64,000 bases of DNA, from assembly GCA_951406725.2 (NCBI GenBank), contig OX597820.1, positions 3,038,001-3,102,000 on the forward strand, in the 5' to 3' direction. This DNA is from Octopus vulgaris. Lineage: Eukaryota. Below the pieces are notes generated by a model. The model saw nothing but the letters and a program-made list of their open reading frames with translations, had not been told where the DNA came from and searched no databases. Shown piece after piece: positions 12,883 through 26,186 of the stretch. A program made the translations under genes and the position numbers. Positions within the stretch are counted from its first letter, which is position 1. Every line of letters starts with the position of its first letter.

Positions 12883-13221
12883 GGTGAGATAAACAAAAAA
12901 GAATACTAATTAGCATGTGATAAATATCATTTAATTAACACATGATTTCCGTGTGAGCTGCAAGAGCTGACAGCACAGTAATCAGGTGGACTTGTACGGC
13001 CTGCTGGGTGCTATCTTGCGGCTTGAATGATTGATAGGAGAGGACACAGCAGGCTACGTAAGCTGGTCTAATAACTGTACAATCAGAGCACGAAGACAAT
13101 TGTAGTTCACATGTAAACCGAGACATTAACTGACACCCAAAATAAAATACAATTATGCAAGTTTTAAAAAACTTAGACCATTACTCCACAATAAGATTAA
13201 TCCATTTACAGCAAATAGGGT

Positions 13222-13650
13222 CAAGGTGTGGCTGTGTGGTAAGTTTGCTTCCCAGCCACATGGTTCAGGGTTCAGTCCCACTGCATGTCAGCTTGCACAA
13301 GCGTTTCCTGCTATAGCCTCAGGCGGACCAAAGCCTTGTGAGTGGATTTGGTAGATGGAAACTGAAAGAAACCTGTTGTATGTGTGTGAGAGAGAGTTTG
13401 TTCCCCACCACCGCTTGACAAACGGTGTTGGCGTGTTTACATCTCTCAGTTGTAGAAACCTTGCCAAATCAGCATGGAAAGTGGACATTAAATGACGATG
13501 ACAATGATGTGACTTAGCAGTTCAGCAAAAGACACAGAATAAGTATGAGGCTTTAAAAAAATGAACACTGGGGTTGATCCCTTTGATTAAAAACTCTTGA
13601 AGGCAGTGCCCCAGTATGACCACAGTTTAATGACTGAAAAAGATAAAAGA
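13222..13650 (+). mobile_element. Family A SINE
   Basis: GGTGTGGCTGTGTGGTAAG head, ending AGATAAAAGA. Confidence 0.75.
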
Positions 13651-13661
13651 TATATATAGCC

Positions 13662-13843
13662 GTGGAATAAGCTGCTGGACGAGATGGTAAAGATGCCGAC
13701 GACCGCTCGGTTGAAAGTCTCCCTTGACCACAAGTGGCCTGAACTCTTTACATGAACACCACCCTGTACATAACTCCATGTCCCCCTACATGGCCTTGCT
13801 TTTTGCTTTTTGAGCCAAATTATTAGCTAACTAACTAACTAAC
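13662..13843 (+). mobile_element. Short 5'-truncated CR1-type LINE 3' end
   Basis: Encodes WNKLLDEMVKMPTTARLKVSLDHKWPELFT*, a CR1 ORF2 C-terminus pattern. (CTAA)n tail; ATAGCC duplicated at 13656-13661 and 13844-13849. Confidence 0.7.
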
Positions 13844-14504
13844 ATAGCCATCAATGGAAATTGTAGTTGTGATACCAGTGCCGGTGGCACGTAAAAGAAC
13901 CATCTGAACGTGGCTGTTGCCAGCGCCACCTCAACTAGCCTCCGCGCCAGTGACACATAAAAAGTACCAACCGATCGTGGCCATTGCCAGTCTCGCCTAG
14001 CACCTGTGCTGGTGGCATGTAAAAAGAACCCACTACACTCATGGAGTGGTTGGCGTTAGGAAGGGCATCCAGCTGTAGAAACTTTGTCAGATCAGACTGG
14101 AGCCTGGTGCAGCCTCCCAGACCCCAGTCGAACTGTCCAACCCATGCTAGCATGGAAAGCGGACGTTAAACAATGATGATGATGATCATCATCATCATCT
14201 AATGTCCCTTATTTCAAGCTGGCATAGGTTGGATGGTTCAATAAGAACAGACGAGGCAGAGTTCTGTGACAGGTTCGATGCCTGCTTTGGTATGGTTTCA
14301 ACTTGGTAGGCCCTTCCTAATCGCCAACCACTCAACAGGGTGTGCCAGGTGCATTTCAGGTGCCATGAGCAGTGGAGAGGTCGCCAAGCAGCTACAAGAC
14401 GGGACCCCTTGACTGAATGGGGCATAGACTGGAGAAAGAAACGGTTATAGAGGGAGAAGGGAAGGTGCCTTGAGGAAAAGTTGAATACATCAAGTGGACG
14501 TCAA

Positions 14505-14660
14505 GATGACGATGACAGCAATGATGACAATGATGATGATGATGACGGCAATGATGACAATGATGATGATGATGATGATGATGGCAATGATGATGATGAT
14601 GATGGCAATGATGACAATGATGATGATGATGATGGCAATGATGATGATGATGATGATGAC
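14505..14660. repeat. Imperfect (GAT)n trinucleotide repeat with GAC/GGC-AAT interruptions
   Basis: Seen directly; source of the poly-D, poly-M and poly-I ORFs. Confidence 0.95.
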
Positions 14661-14941
14661 CTCAACTACCAACCTATAGGAAAAGGCTTAGTACAGCCAG
14701 CTGTTTGTTGTTGTTTGACTTTACTCCTCAACGAGCATTACAAGAGAAAAGTAGAGAAAATACCCAACACGACAAACTGGTCACTTGTCACCAACGTGAG
14801 AACCAGTTTAACAAGAAATAAATGAGATTTTCGTAAAAAAAGAAACATCTCAATTGCTCTCCATTGGCTCAGACAACAATAAACTCTATAACCTTCTATT
14901 TCAGTAGTTTTTGTGTTGTTATGATACAAAAAACTGAATGA

Positions 14942-14986
<45 letters not shown>

Positions 14987-15670
14987 GCTGCACATGTCTT
15001 AAGTAAGCTTTCGAAAGCTGAGTGAAGATAAGCCATGCCCCTACAGATAAAAACATGTCTTATGATGTTGTTTAGCCCCTGGTCAGCCCTGATTGAGTAG
15101 ATCTACGATCAAAGACCTTCCAGTTGTGACTATCCCATTGGTTTTTTTTCTTCAAGCAGGGAACTCCAAACCACAGAATCCTACAGGTTCTTTTCTAAGA
15201 TGGTAGTGTGTGATTTCAGTGAATTTGGATGTTATTTCTTGCAGGCAAACCAACCTCAGAACTACACCTTCATTGACACACAGTCGTTTCATTGATCAGA
15301 AGGCAGGCATCCTTGATCTTTGTGGACCCCTTATGTTAATGAAACCTGTTTTTATACAATTTGGTTCCAAACAGGGTTTATGGCCACTGAAACATAAGGA
15401 ACTAGAAAGAAAGAAAAGAAGGGGCCTATAAATTCAAAAGATGTCAATTGACAAGGTTAAAGGATTGAATATCACAGACAAGAGGAAAGCAAGATGGTGG
15501 TAGTGAGTCCCTGAGTAGCAGTTCCAATAAAGAGACTCTTAGAATAAAAAGATTCATAACTAATAGGAAGCTCAACAGAAGAACAATATGCATGGAAAGA
15601 GAAGTAGGTGACACATTTAAAGCTCTTGACGGAGAGGTATTAGAGCAGAAAATTTGTCAGAGCAATGAAT

Positions 15671-16020
15671 TACTCTTTTACTTGTTTCAGTCATTTGACT
15701 GCGGCCATGCTAGAGCACCGCCTTTAGTCGAGCAAATCGACCCTGGGACTTATTCTTTTTTGTAAACCTAGTAGTTAATCTATTAGTCCCTTTTGCCGAA
15801 CTGCTAAGTGACGGGGACGTAAACATACCAGCATCGGTTGTCAAGCAATGCTAGGGGGACAAACACAGACACACACACATATATATATATATATATACAT
15901 ATATACGACAGGCTTCTTTCAGTTTCCGTCTACCAAATCCACTCACAAGGCTTTGGTCGGCCTGGGGCTATAGCAGAAGACACATGCCCAAGATGCCACG
16001 CAGTGGGACTGAACCCGGAA
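15671..16020 (-). mobile_element. Family A SINE (5'-truncated) inserted in a decayed minus-strand LINE fragment (about 15480-16430)
   Basis: High identity to 6775-7218. Confidence 0.85.
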
Positions 16021-17019
16021 CCCGGAAATTGTAGAGAATAGTTGTAGAAAGAGACAGTAAAAACATATTTTGGTGAAGAGCCAAAGATGGCAACTCATCA
16101 GGTTGACAATTTGATTTTGAATTTGATGAAACAAGTTTTTAAGAGATTCAGAGAAGGCACCGGCCTACATTCTCAGACGTAAGGAATTTGCACACATGGA
16201 AGAAAAATCCAACTTTCTTTGAGGCTGACATGGACAATGCACTGAAAGGTGGCATCAGCAGAAAAAGCGTGGATGAAGAATGGGTTTCAGAAGGTTGCAG
16301 AGGTGAGGAGGAAACAATTGTGCAAAGGGTTGAGTAGAATGTGTGGAATGCAAAAACGCTTCAAGGATGACAAGAAGACCAAAGATGAGGATGCTTCCGT
16401 TCCGTCTTTGCAGAAACAGCATCTGAGGTATTAACTTACAACAATAAATTCATCCATCTTAGAGTCAGTTCTGGTCTGCAGATTAACACAAGTTGGTATA
16501 TTGTGCTCCATGTGGCATAGCTAGAGTTTGTGCTGCCAGAAACATCCCTTATACAGCAAACCCAAAAGTGTTGCCTGAGGCAGACCCCCCTCCCCCATCA
16601 CCCTACCCCAGCTGCATTTGGTGAAATTTACTGAACTTTGTGTCTCAATAAAGTTACTGAATTTTATATGAAACCCACAGCATGACATAGTAACATTACT
16701 GCAGCTAAAACAAGCCAACAAGTGCTTGAGTCAGGAGGAAAAGATTGAATAACAGTCGCTTTACTGATAAGAGAGAAGAATGGCTTGGTTTTCATCAGAT
16801 AATATAAAAACTAATTTCCTGTCAAAAAACAGAGAATCTTGATTTGCTAAGAACATATCGGTAACTGATAACTTTTAACACCAATTTGATACGTTGCTTA
16901 CTGACTTCTATTATCTTAAACAGGATTGGATATTTCCGCATAGACACAGCAGGTTTAGAATGTCATATAAACTCAATGCTCTTTCTTTCTTTCTTTCTTA
17001 CCGATACCATTACAATATT

Positions 17020-17620
17020 GTGGTGAATTGAATACTGGCCGAGTTCACCTAAGCCCAGCTAGATCTTTTCAGATATCTTCTACATTAAAACCAAGACTGC
17101 GCAATGCAGTCGGTGCCACACTTAAAGCAACACAAAAGAACCACTTCATCACATTTAGCAACAGATCAAAGAACATCAAAGAAAGCATCATTGTGGATGT
17201 TATTTGCCAGCCTCTTCACAGGTTATCAAAGCTGAAAAACTAGCATCTTTACGACCATTCTGTGGACGACATCCTGAACCATATCACAAGAATTTTTCTG
17301 CACTATCACAGAAACATGACCACTCTCTTATCCACACCATACAAGACCATAATAAGCATCCTGTCCAAGGATGTATCAACAAGGACTTGTTTGTAACGAA
17401 CAACACCCAGTGGTAAATAAAGATTCTAAACAATGGTTCACCTAAACCATTTGTATACAGCACAAACACGACATAAGAAAAGATTCAAACAAGCAGAAGA
17501 CTGTCCGAGACCAACAACTGAATATGTGATCTTGTAAGACGAATTGGAGATTTGTGATGCAGTTGTGGTAACAGCATCAAACATGGAACTGGCAGAAGAA
17601 CATCCCCACGTTTCATTTTT
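17020..17620 (+). mobile_element. Highly decayed LINE (possibly RTE-clade) C-terminal fragment
   Basis: Degenerate frames ending in ICDLVRRIG..CSC, a zinc-knuckle-like remnant. Confidence 0.3.
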
Positions 17621-18160
17621 GACATGCAACTAACTAGCTGAAGGGTTGGGGTTTATAACGGGGCTGACAAACAGGACAAAAACCTTTTGGACAATGATGC
17701 AGACAAACTATACTCTCTGCGTCATAATGCATTTTGGATTAGAGTTGTTAGAAATAGAAGAGAAATAGTAAAGTTAATACAAGGGATTCTACTAATGCTA
17801 TATTCAATAATGAGATGTTTGTAGATGCCACAGTCAATGGTAAAACTACGGATAGATTCAGGACAAGCTCACAGATCTGATATCTGCAAATTTTAATCCT
17901 TTGTTAGAAATCATCAGCCTTGTTATTTTTATGTCTACTTTTCCATGCTTGTTTGGGTCAGACAAAATTAGTTGGGGTAAATTTTCTACAGCCCAATGCC
18001 CCCTCCTGTCGTCAAGCCTCACTTGTTCCCAAGTAAGGTAATATTTCCACGTAACCAGACATGTTTTCATGGAAGATTGGAAACAAAGAACAGCCCCTGT
18101 ATGGTAGCGACGTTTGTTCACTACTGTCACGTAATGTCAAGGAGTCAGAAACACATTTGT

Positions 18161-18445
18161 TAAGGTGCATAGCTTAGTGGTCAGGGTGTTGCACTCACGA
18201 TTGTGAGATTGTAGGTTTGATTCCCAGACACAGCATTGCATGGTGCTCTTGAGCAAAGCACTTCATTTCACGTTGCTCTTCAGTTGCTTCGTCATCTGAC
18301 ACGTAGCATACAGTGCACCTGTACAGGTAATGTCAATTTGATGGAGGGAGGGAGCTTATGTGTACACAAACATTTAATCACTATAAACAAATCACCTGTG
18401 TGATTGCCAAACCCTCATACATCGTCTAACGACGGGAGAGTCCAT
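18161..18445 (+). mobile_element. tRNA-derived SINE, family E
   Basis: GCTTAGTGGTCAGGG A box, GGTTTGATTCCC B box, CTTGAGCAAAGCACTT core. Copy at 47890-48176; related heads at about 31060-31290, 33385-33725 and 45005-45300. Confidence 0.75.
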
Positions 18446-19519
18446 GACATATATATATATATAAACATGACGGTCTTCTTTCAGTTTCCGTCTACCAAAT
18501 CCACTCACAAGGCTTTGGTCAGCCCAGGGCTATAGCAGATGACCCTTGTGCAAGGTGTTACACAACAGAACAGAACCTGAAACCATGCAATCAGGAAGTA
18601 AACTTCTTACCACACAGCTGTGCCTGTACCAATTATATGAAGTAAAGATGGCAAGATAAACTGACTGTGAAATGAGAAATGTGGTGCATCATGAAGGGTG
18701 TGAAGAAGAAATCCAGGCAAGTATCGCCATAGGAGAGATGAGAGAGAGCTCAGAGGGAAGGTCTGTGTACTATATATATATGGTACGTTGATCAATAAAC
18801 TTGATTCGGGGTATTATATAAATATATCCAAAACATACAATGCTGTGACAGATCCCTCAATTAGTCACCATAACGTGAGCTTAAACCTAGTTTTAACAAT
18901 AAATCTGGCAAAGCAAAGCGAGTGCACATCACTCGACGGGGAGTTTTTGATGTCCTATATTTACTGGGTACAATATGTTTGAAAGTACTTCAAAACCAGA
19001 AGCATGTGTCGACATGATAGACACAAGTTCAGTTCTTTTGTTTAGGATCAAAGTAAGGTGATAAATGATATGGAGTTACAACGTAAGATGGAAATCAAGG
19101 AATCTTCACCCTATTTTGATATGAAAGCCAGAGACGGCTGACGGTGAGGCTTTAGATGATAATAAACCAAATAAACCAAGTTACCATGACGAAATAGTTA
19201 AAAATAGATTTAAACACCTCTTTTTTTTTTTTTTCTGTTAGACAACTAAGTTCATTATCTCCATAATTGGAAAATTAGTAACTTTGCTCAATAGCAAAAC
19301 TAAATTTAATGAGAATTTCAGAAGTGGAAAAAGAAGATTATGTGAATTATTTACGGCAGTTGATTTCTTTGTTTTTTGTTTTTCTTGTTTGGTGTGTTTT
19401 TTTTTTGCATAACAAAATATAATTTTAGACTTGCACAAACCTGTCAAATTAGCGAAGCTTAGCTACTGCTATATATATATTTTTGAGGTAGGTTCATCTA
19501 AACACACACATATATACAG

Positions 19520-19555
<36 letters not shown>

Positions 19556-19574
19556 GTACATATATATATACACG

Positions 19575-19618
<44 letters not shown>

Positions 19619-19678
19619 TATATATATATATACATATACACTTGTATATACATATACATATACACATATATATACATC

Positions 19679-20910
19679 GTGATTTCAGCAAGGCATTTAA
19701 CAGAGTGGACCACAAAATCCTGCTGAAGAAACTCCAACATTGGAGTCCGTGGAAAGCTGCTGCAGTGGATAAAGTGTTTCCTGACAAACAGAACCCAACA
19801 TGTTGTGTTTGAGGGAATACGATCCAGCTCATCCAAAGTCAGTAGTGGTGTCCCACAAGGTACCGTGTTGGGCCCACTCCTCTTATTTGTTTGCATCAAC
19901 GACATAGTAGATGTCATCAAACATTCTACATTGAAAATCTTTGCAGATGATTCCAAACTCCAGAAAGCCATAAACGGCATGAGAGACCAAACATGCCTTC
20001 AGTCAGATCCATTTGCTATTGTCCAATGGGTGGAAAGAAACAATATGCTTTTAAATGAAGATAAGTTTGATTTGATCCACTTTGGGAAAGAGGATACTCT
20101 GAAATTACCATATGCTCTTTCCCTCGGGCGACTCCCTAGTGTCATCCAACAACACCACAGATCTTGGAGTAATTGTTGATAACAATCTAAGCTGGAGTTC
20201 CCACGTAAACACCAAGGTTGGCTTGGCCCTCAAGATGTGCTCCTGGATTCTGAGAACTTTTCAGTCTAGAGATGCCTACACCATCATCCTTCTCTACTCT
20301 ACTTTTGCTTGACCCCACCTTGAGCACTGTTGCCCAGTGCCCCCCCCCCCCCCCACATGAAGCAACTCCTTGTGAAAGTAGAAGCACTCCAGAGGTCGAT
20401 AACAAGAAAGATAGACGGCATGAGAGGCATTGACTATTGGGATTGACTAAAAAACGCAACGTCTTCTTTCTCCAACACCGCCAGGAGCGCTACATCATTT
20501 GTGTGACGTGGAAAATATTCCATCAATATTGCACAAATGATATTTGCATCAATTTTAAAATCCATCCAAGACTTGGCCCCCGTGCTATCCGCCCACTATA
20601 AAAATCTAACTTGGTACGCATAGCAACATCACGTCACAATTACTTTACCTCAACCGGTCCAGCTATCTTTTATACAATAGCAAAATATGTCAAAACAAAA
20701 ACGGATCCCATAAAATTCAAATGTTCACTGGATAAATTTCTTCAAAAAATCCCAGACCAACCTCACACACCCGGGTATGTCTCCAACAAAAATAACTCTT
20801 TGCTAGAGGGGGCCAAGGTGCCCCATATATGACTAAAACTTCACCTGGTGGTGCTACTGAGTTAGACATGGCCTGGGCCGACACTGGCCGAAACCTATCA
20901 AAGTTACAAA
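19679..20910 (+). mobile_element. 5'-truncated CR1-group LINE: reverse transcriptase and 3' UTR, pseudogenised
   Basis: [39 protein letters not shown] (RT catalytic) and DLGVIVDNNLSWSSHV motifs with frameshifts; ORF ends at 20832. Confidence 0.92.
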
Positions 20911-20911
20911 C

Positions 20912-20952
<41 letters not shown>

Positions 20953-21335
20953 TTATAATTATGTTACTAGAATGGCACAGTTGAGTAAAGCATTTAATGC
21001 TGAGGCATTCATTAAAGCGTGGTATGGGTGTTTGAGGTGGCCTAAACTGCCCAACGACTACCAGGTCATTGGTTTTGTTGTGAACGGTGATCGATTCACA
21101 GTAGCCACTGGAGAATGTCATATTCCCATCTGCCAAAAAGGAATCCTGCAGGAAAATGGCAGTTTCCACCCTTCCTTCTGTTGACTCGATCCGCACGGAT
21201 GGTTGTGAAATTCCTCACTTTCATTTTGGCTTCCAAGTGGGAGTTGCCAAGATGGGTCTCGGTAAGAATGAAGAAAGGGATCTGGTGCGGATGGTTACCA
21301 ACCCAATCTTCAATGAATTAGATCTTCCGTTTTGT
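20953..21335 (-). mobile_element. LINE apurinic endonuclease fragment, inverted relative to the adjacent RT
   Basis: Minus strand reads FILTETHL...IRADRVNRRKGG and then, after a frameshift, GYCESI...VVVGQFRPP; these are APE motifs. Confidence 0.8.
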
Positions 21336-21401
21336 GATTATATATATATATATATATAGACACACATACACAGACACACACATAAATACATACACACAAA
21401 T

Positions 21402-21437
<36 letters not shown>

Positions 21438-21571
21438 TATTCTTTAACAAGAACAGTATTGACAGTTTCAGCGAGAAAATTGTAGAAATTCTATGAAACA
21501 TTAAAATGTCCAAATAATGAAAAACCTGATACATAATTTCAACTTTAAACTGCAACAAAAAAACAATCAAC

Positions 21572-21609
<38 letters not shown>

Positions 21610-23175
21610 TCATATATATATATATATACATACATAAATATATAGGTTTAGTAATGCTCATAATACAAGTTAGGAAACTTTTGAAATAATAATTTTAATA
21701 ATATTAAGAAACAACTAAAAAACACTCATAAAAAAAAAAGAAAATTAAGCAAAACACTATATTTGCTGAAACTGTACCTAAAAGCAGTCAGTTTACATTA
21801 GAACAACCAAATGCACCAATAAATAAAAAAAAAACAGAAATAAAATAAAACACTTCAGCAACAAGGTGAAAGAAAACATGAAAATAACAAACGAAGTGCA
21901 TAAACAAGGAATGGGAATAACAAGGATTAAAAAACAAGGGTAAAAATATATAAATTCTTATAAAAACAAAACAAAAAATAACAAAAAAAAAAAAAAACGA
22001 AACAAAAACTAAGCTTCTTTGCTCATAATCACATTCAGCCACGTTCACCTGTTTAACTTTTCTCTATATTTACCCTGCGTCTTATGTAAGATGTTTTGTT
22101 GATTAGCAAAATCTATAAATAGCTAATAATTCCTTAATTAATGAGATGATTTACTGCTAATCAGATTTCTGTCATTTATTTTGAACTCTTAACCTTGATT
22201 AAGCGTGAAGAATTTTTATGATCTTTACAATATCCGCACTGTCTCTGTCTGGCGTGGGATCTGATTGCAGTCAGCTAATTGCTTGCAGAGTGGTAAACTA
22301 GATCGAGAATAAGCACTATGCATGTGTGTGCATTCCATCATCATCATCATCATCCTCATCATCATCATCATCATCGTCATCCTCATCATTTAATGCCCAT
22401 TTTCGCTAATGGATCGTTTCACAAGAATTGACAAACTAGACAGATGCACCAGGCTGCAATTGCCTGTTTTGGCACGGTTTCTATAGCTGGATGCCTTTCC
22501 TAATGCCGACCACTTTGCAGAATGTACTAGGTGCTTTTTCACATGGCACAAGCACCAGTGCTATTCATGTGGAACCCACCATCATCATCATCATCATCAT
22601 TTAAAGTTTGTTTTCCATGCTGGCATGGGTTGGATGGTTTGACAAGAGTGACAACCCAGAGGACAACCCAGAGGACTGCGCATATTGGGCATGATTTCTA
22701 CACCAAAGAACATAAATATATATATGTATATATATGTATACATACACACACACTTGATGATGATCTATACACATAAAAATATACATTTAGGATATGTGTG
22801 TATTTTAATCTTTAGACTAGTCTTAATTAATTCTATCAGCCCCAATATTTGCTTTAATTAATCTGATCAGTAATGAAGGACATCGCTAAGGTGGCATTAA
22901 CCAGTGCAATATATTCGATCAGCACACGGACTCATTTTCTTGCCCCATGCTCTCACACGCATGCATATACACACACATATTCATAAAACAAACTAACCAG
23001 AAGTTGTAGAAACCCAATGTATGAATAAGGCGACAACATTAAGAAATGATGTTCATGAAATATAAACTTATCATTTCAAATATGCTTCAGGCATATTTGA
23101 ACCTGTAAGAAAGACCTTCGCTGTATGTTGCCATGGAGAAAATTTACTCACTGTAGACAAATATGAGTAGATACC

Positions 23176-23408
23176 CATTTCTTTACTACCCACAAGGGGC
23201 TAAACACAGAGAGGACAAACAAGGACAGACAAAGGGATTAAGTCGATTATATCGACCCCAGTGCGTAACTGGTACTTAATTTATCGACCCCGAGAGGATG
23301 AAAGGCAAAGTCGACCTTGGCGGATTTTGAACTCAGAACGTAGCGGCAGACGAAATACCGCTAAGCATTTCGCCCGGCGTGCTAACGTTTCTGCCAGCTT
23401 GCTGCCTT
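23176..23408 (-). mobile_element. Young full-length family B SINE
   Basis: CpG-intact consensus-like copy with an imperfect flanking duplication GAGTAG(A)ATACCC. Confidence 0.9.
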
Positions 23409-23800
23409 GAAGAGTAGAATACCCTTGAGTCAGCTCACAGCAGCCTATAACCAGACTGGTCCAGCCTGATCTGGTTGGGGGAGGGAGGGGTGCTATGAGC
23501 CGACTCAGAGCATTTACAGTAAGAGATTTCCCCCATGATAAAATCCTGTAAGTGGATTTCCCATTGGTTCCACTGTGCCTCAAGCATATTTGAACTGGTT
23601 GCAAGATTGTATTTATTTACATATAACTTTGTACAATAAGATGTATGACCATTACTGTACGAGTCAGATCTCCATATAGCTTGTCATTATCCAGCCGGCT
23701 TCCAGCATAATGGTTAGCTTACCATTGTACTTAAAAGTGTTACTAGTTTTATATATATATATATAGTTGTAATAATGAAGTCAAACTAAATAGTGAGATG

Positions 23801-23893
23801 TTGAAATCATTTAATACGCCTGTTTCAGTCGTGTGTAATATATAACAAGAAATGTGTCCATTACGTAAACCTTCTTCAGTTAAAGCATTTCAA
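23801..23893 (-). ncRNA. Type I hammerhead ribozyme motif with extended stem I and large loop 2
   Basis: Reverse complement: TTGAAAT-GC-TTTAA-CTGAAGA-A-GGTT...GACT-GAAA-CAGGCGT-A-TTAAA-TG-ATTTCAA. Lies within 23-bp inverted arms at 23764-23786 and 23923-23945. Confidence 0.7.
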
Positions 23894-24085
23894 AAATATT
23901 TTTGAAATGCTTTAATTATCTGGTTTGACTTCATTATTACAACTAATACTAATTGATGTCAGCACAAACTAACTGATCTGGACTTCGTGTATGCGGATAC
24001 TTTAACAACGATTTGGGGTAGTTTGTTATACTCGAATAGGGCCGAAAATTTTGGTACCATGTATTGCTGTTGGTGAAACACAAAT

Positions 24086-24129
<44 letters not shown>

Positions 24130-24288
24130 ATGCAAACAAGGAAAATAGAACTCAAAACATGAGTATATATACATTTTTTGTTAATAATCAGCTGAAGTTA
24201 CTGTGTGTCTCAAAGGCCAAGAGTTTCATGTTAACACAAAAACTTTTGACCCTGCATCACTCTGTAACCTCTGCCAATTATCAATAAA

Positions 24289-24346
<58 letters not shown>

Positions 24347-24453
24347 TTAACATTATCTGGGTAGAAAGTATAATTTGAAAAAATAAATCACCAACAGCTG
24401 TTACCAATGCACAGAAACAATTGTGATTAACACCTGTTCATTCCATATTTTTG

Positions 24454-24494
<41 letters not shown>

Positions 24495-25114
24495 AAAAGT
24501 ACTCAATGAGCCCAGCTTCTTTGATAATTTCTTTCAAATGGAAAGAAAATGTTTAGAGGTAATAATTGATAAATATATTGTATTTCTCCAACTTCTGACT
24601 GTTTCATCAATATATATCTGTGTATCTCTACACTCTACACACACACACGGTCTTTCTCACAGCTTTTGTCTCCTACATTTCATGAAGCTTTGGTCAAATG
24701 AAGGCAACGGTAGAGGAAAAGCTGCCTCGCCATGGGATTGAACACAAACCACATGCTTGCAAAGCAAACTTCTTACCACACAACCATACCTGCACCATAC
24801 GTCTGGGTGTCTAAGTGTGGCATTTACGATATACGGCTATACACACAGATCGCAAACCTATTTAATATCTAACATTATTCTATTCGACACGCACATGCGT
24901 CCACGTTTTCCAACATGAATATACACAGAGCCATGCCATGCAAGGACGTTGGGAATTATGAAGGAATCAAGAACTCGATACCAAACAACGATTTACCATT
25001 CAACCCTAGTTTTTGTGGCATCTTGTTTTAATGTCTCATTTCATCTGAAAAGGGGAAAGCAATTTTAAAGTTTAACCAACGTCAACAACGACATGATGAA
25101 GAATAAAACTGTAC

Positions 25115-25141
25115 CTAAAATCGGTTGTATTTCCTCTGTCA
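25115..25141 (-). CDS. Candidate 27-nt symmetric micro-exon (MTEEIQPIL) inside the bMERB-splitting intron
   Basis: Acceptor ataacttttcAG, donor ttagGTacag. Phase 1 to 1 and open, so frame-preserving. No transcript evidence. Confidence 0.35.
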
Positions 25142-25478
25142 CTGAAAAGTTATAAACAGTTATTGTATTTTGTAAACAAACAGATTCAGACGTTTATATG
25201 CGTGTGCATGCGTGAATGTCCTGTCTATGTACTCCCATGCATGAATACACAGAACGGGTTTCGAATTTTGGTAACAACGCCTGTAATTTTAGGGGGGGGA
25301 GCAAGTTGATTACATTGAACCCCAGTGCATGACTGGTACTTATTTTATCAACCCCGGACAGATGAAAAGTAAAATTGACTTCAGCTGAACTGGAACTCAG
25401 AACGTAAGGCCATAAGTATTGTACCTGACGTGCAAACGATTTTAAATATGAATTCACAGAATTGCAAGCGGAATCATT

Positions 25479-25880
25479 GCCGGATTTGCCTCATCTTGTT
25501 TGTTGTTAACACAACATTTTGGCTGATACACACTCCAGTCTTCATCAGGTGTCTTGGAGAAATTTCGAACCTGGGTTCTCATTCCTAATGTATTTTTTGT
25601 TGTTGTTATTATTATTATTATTCAGGTCACTGCTTGGAATCAAACACTGGTTAAGCGCATGAGCTGAGTTCGATTCCAAGCAGTGACCTGAATAATAATA
25701 ATAATAACAATAATAACATTGAAAAATACCTTAGGAATGAGAACCCAGGTTTGAAATTTCCCCAAGACACCTGATGAAGGCTGGAGGGTACATCAGTCAA
25801 AATGTTGTGTTAACAACAAACAAGATGAGGACAAATATCCGTCGAATGTAAATAATTCCTCATCTCTTAAATATAGAACT
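25479..25880. mobile_element. Fold-back tRNA-headed, hammerhead-tailed element (family H), copy 1
   Basis: Inverted arms around a central TGGTTAAGCGC / GAGTTCGATTCC. Hammerhead cores in both arms have GAAAC decayed to AAAAT. GAATCATT repeated at 25471-25478 and 25881-25888. Confidence 0.75.
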
Positions 25881-26186
25881 GAATCATTAAAGATGTTTTT
25901 GTCATTCAATAATTGATATTATGCTCTGATTTCCCAGATATTTTTTATTCCAGAGCATATGTCTATTGTACTCTAACAATTAGTTATTAGCATACTCAGA
26001 GTGTATTCCCCTGGCATCCATGTGTCATACATGATACAAGTGCCCAGGTTTTCCAACCAATAGAGAAACTTGAGAATTAGGAAAAGAAGGCTTTACTCAG
26101 AATGACTGAAACAAAGGCTAGTGTGTGTGTATACACATGCACACCTATCCACCAATGTTGGATTCATCTGCTTGACATCTTACCTG

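Noticed and set aside
14481-14825. Poly-Asp, poly-Met and poly-Ile ORFs
   Set aside because: All three are translations of one (GAT)n microsatellite, with no splice or domain support.
23142-23175. GTGAGT donor-like site after 'LIFVY' on the minus strand
   Set aside because: Abuts a SINE and lacks the bMERB motif; the true exon is at 5133-5232.
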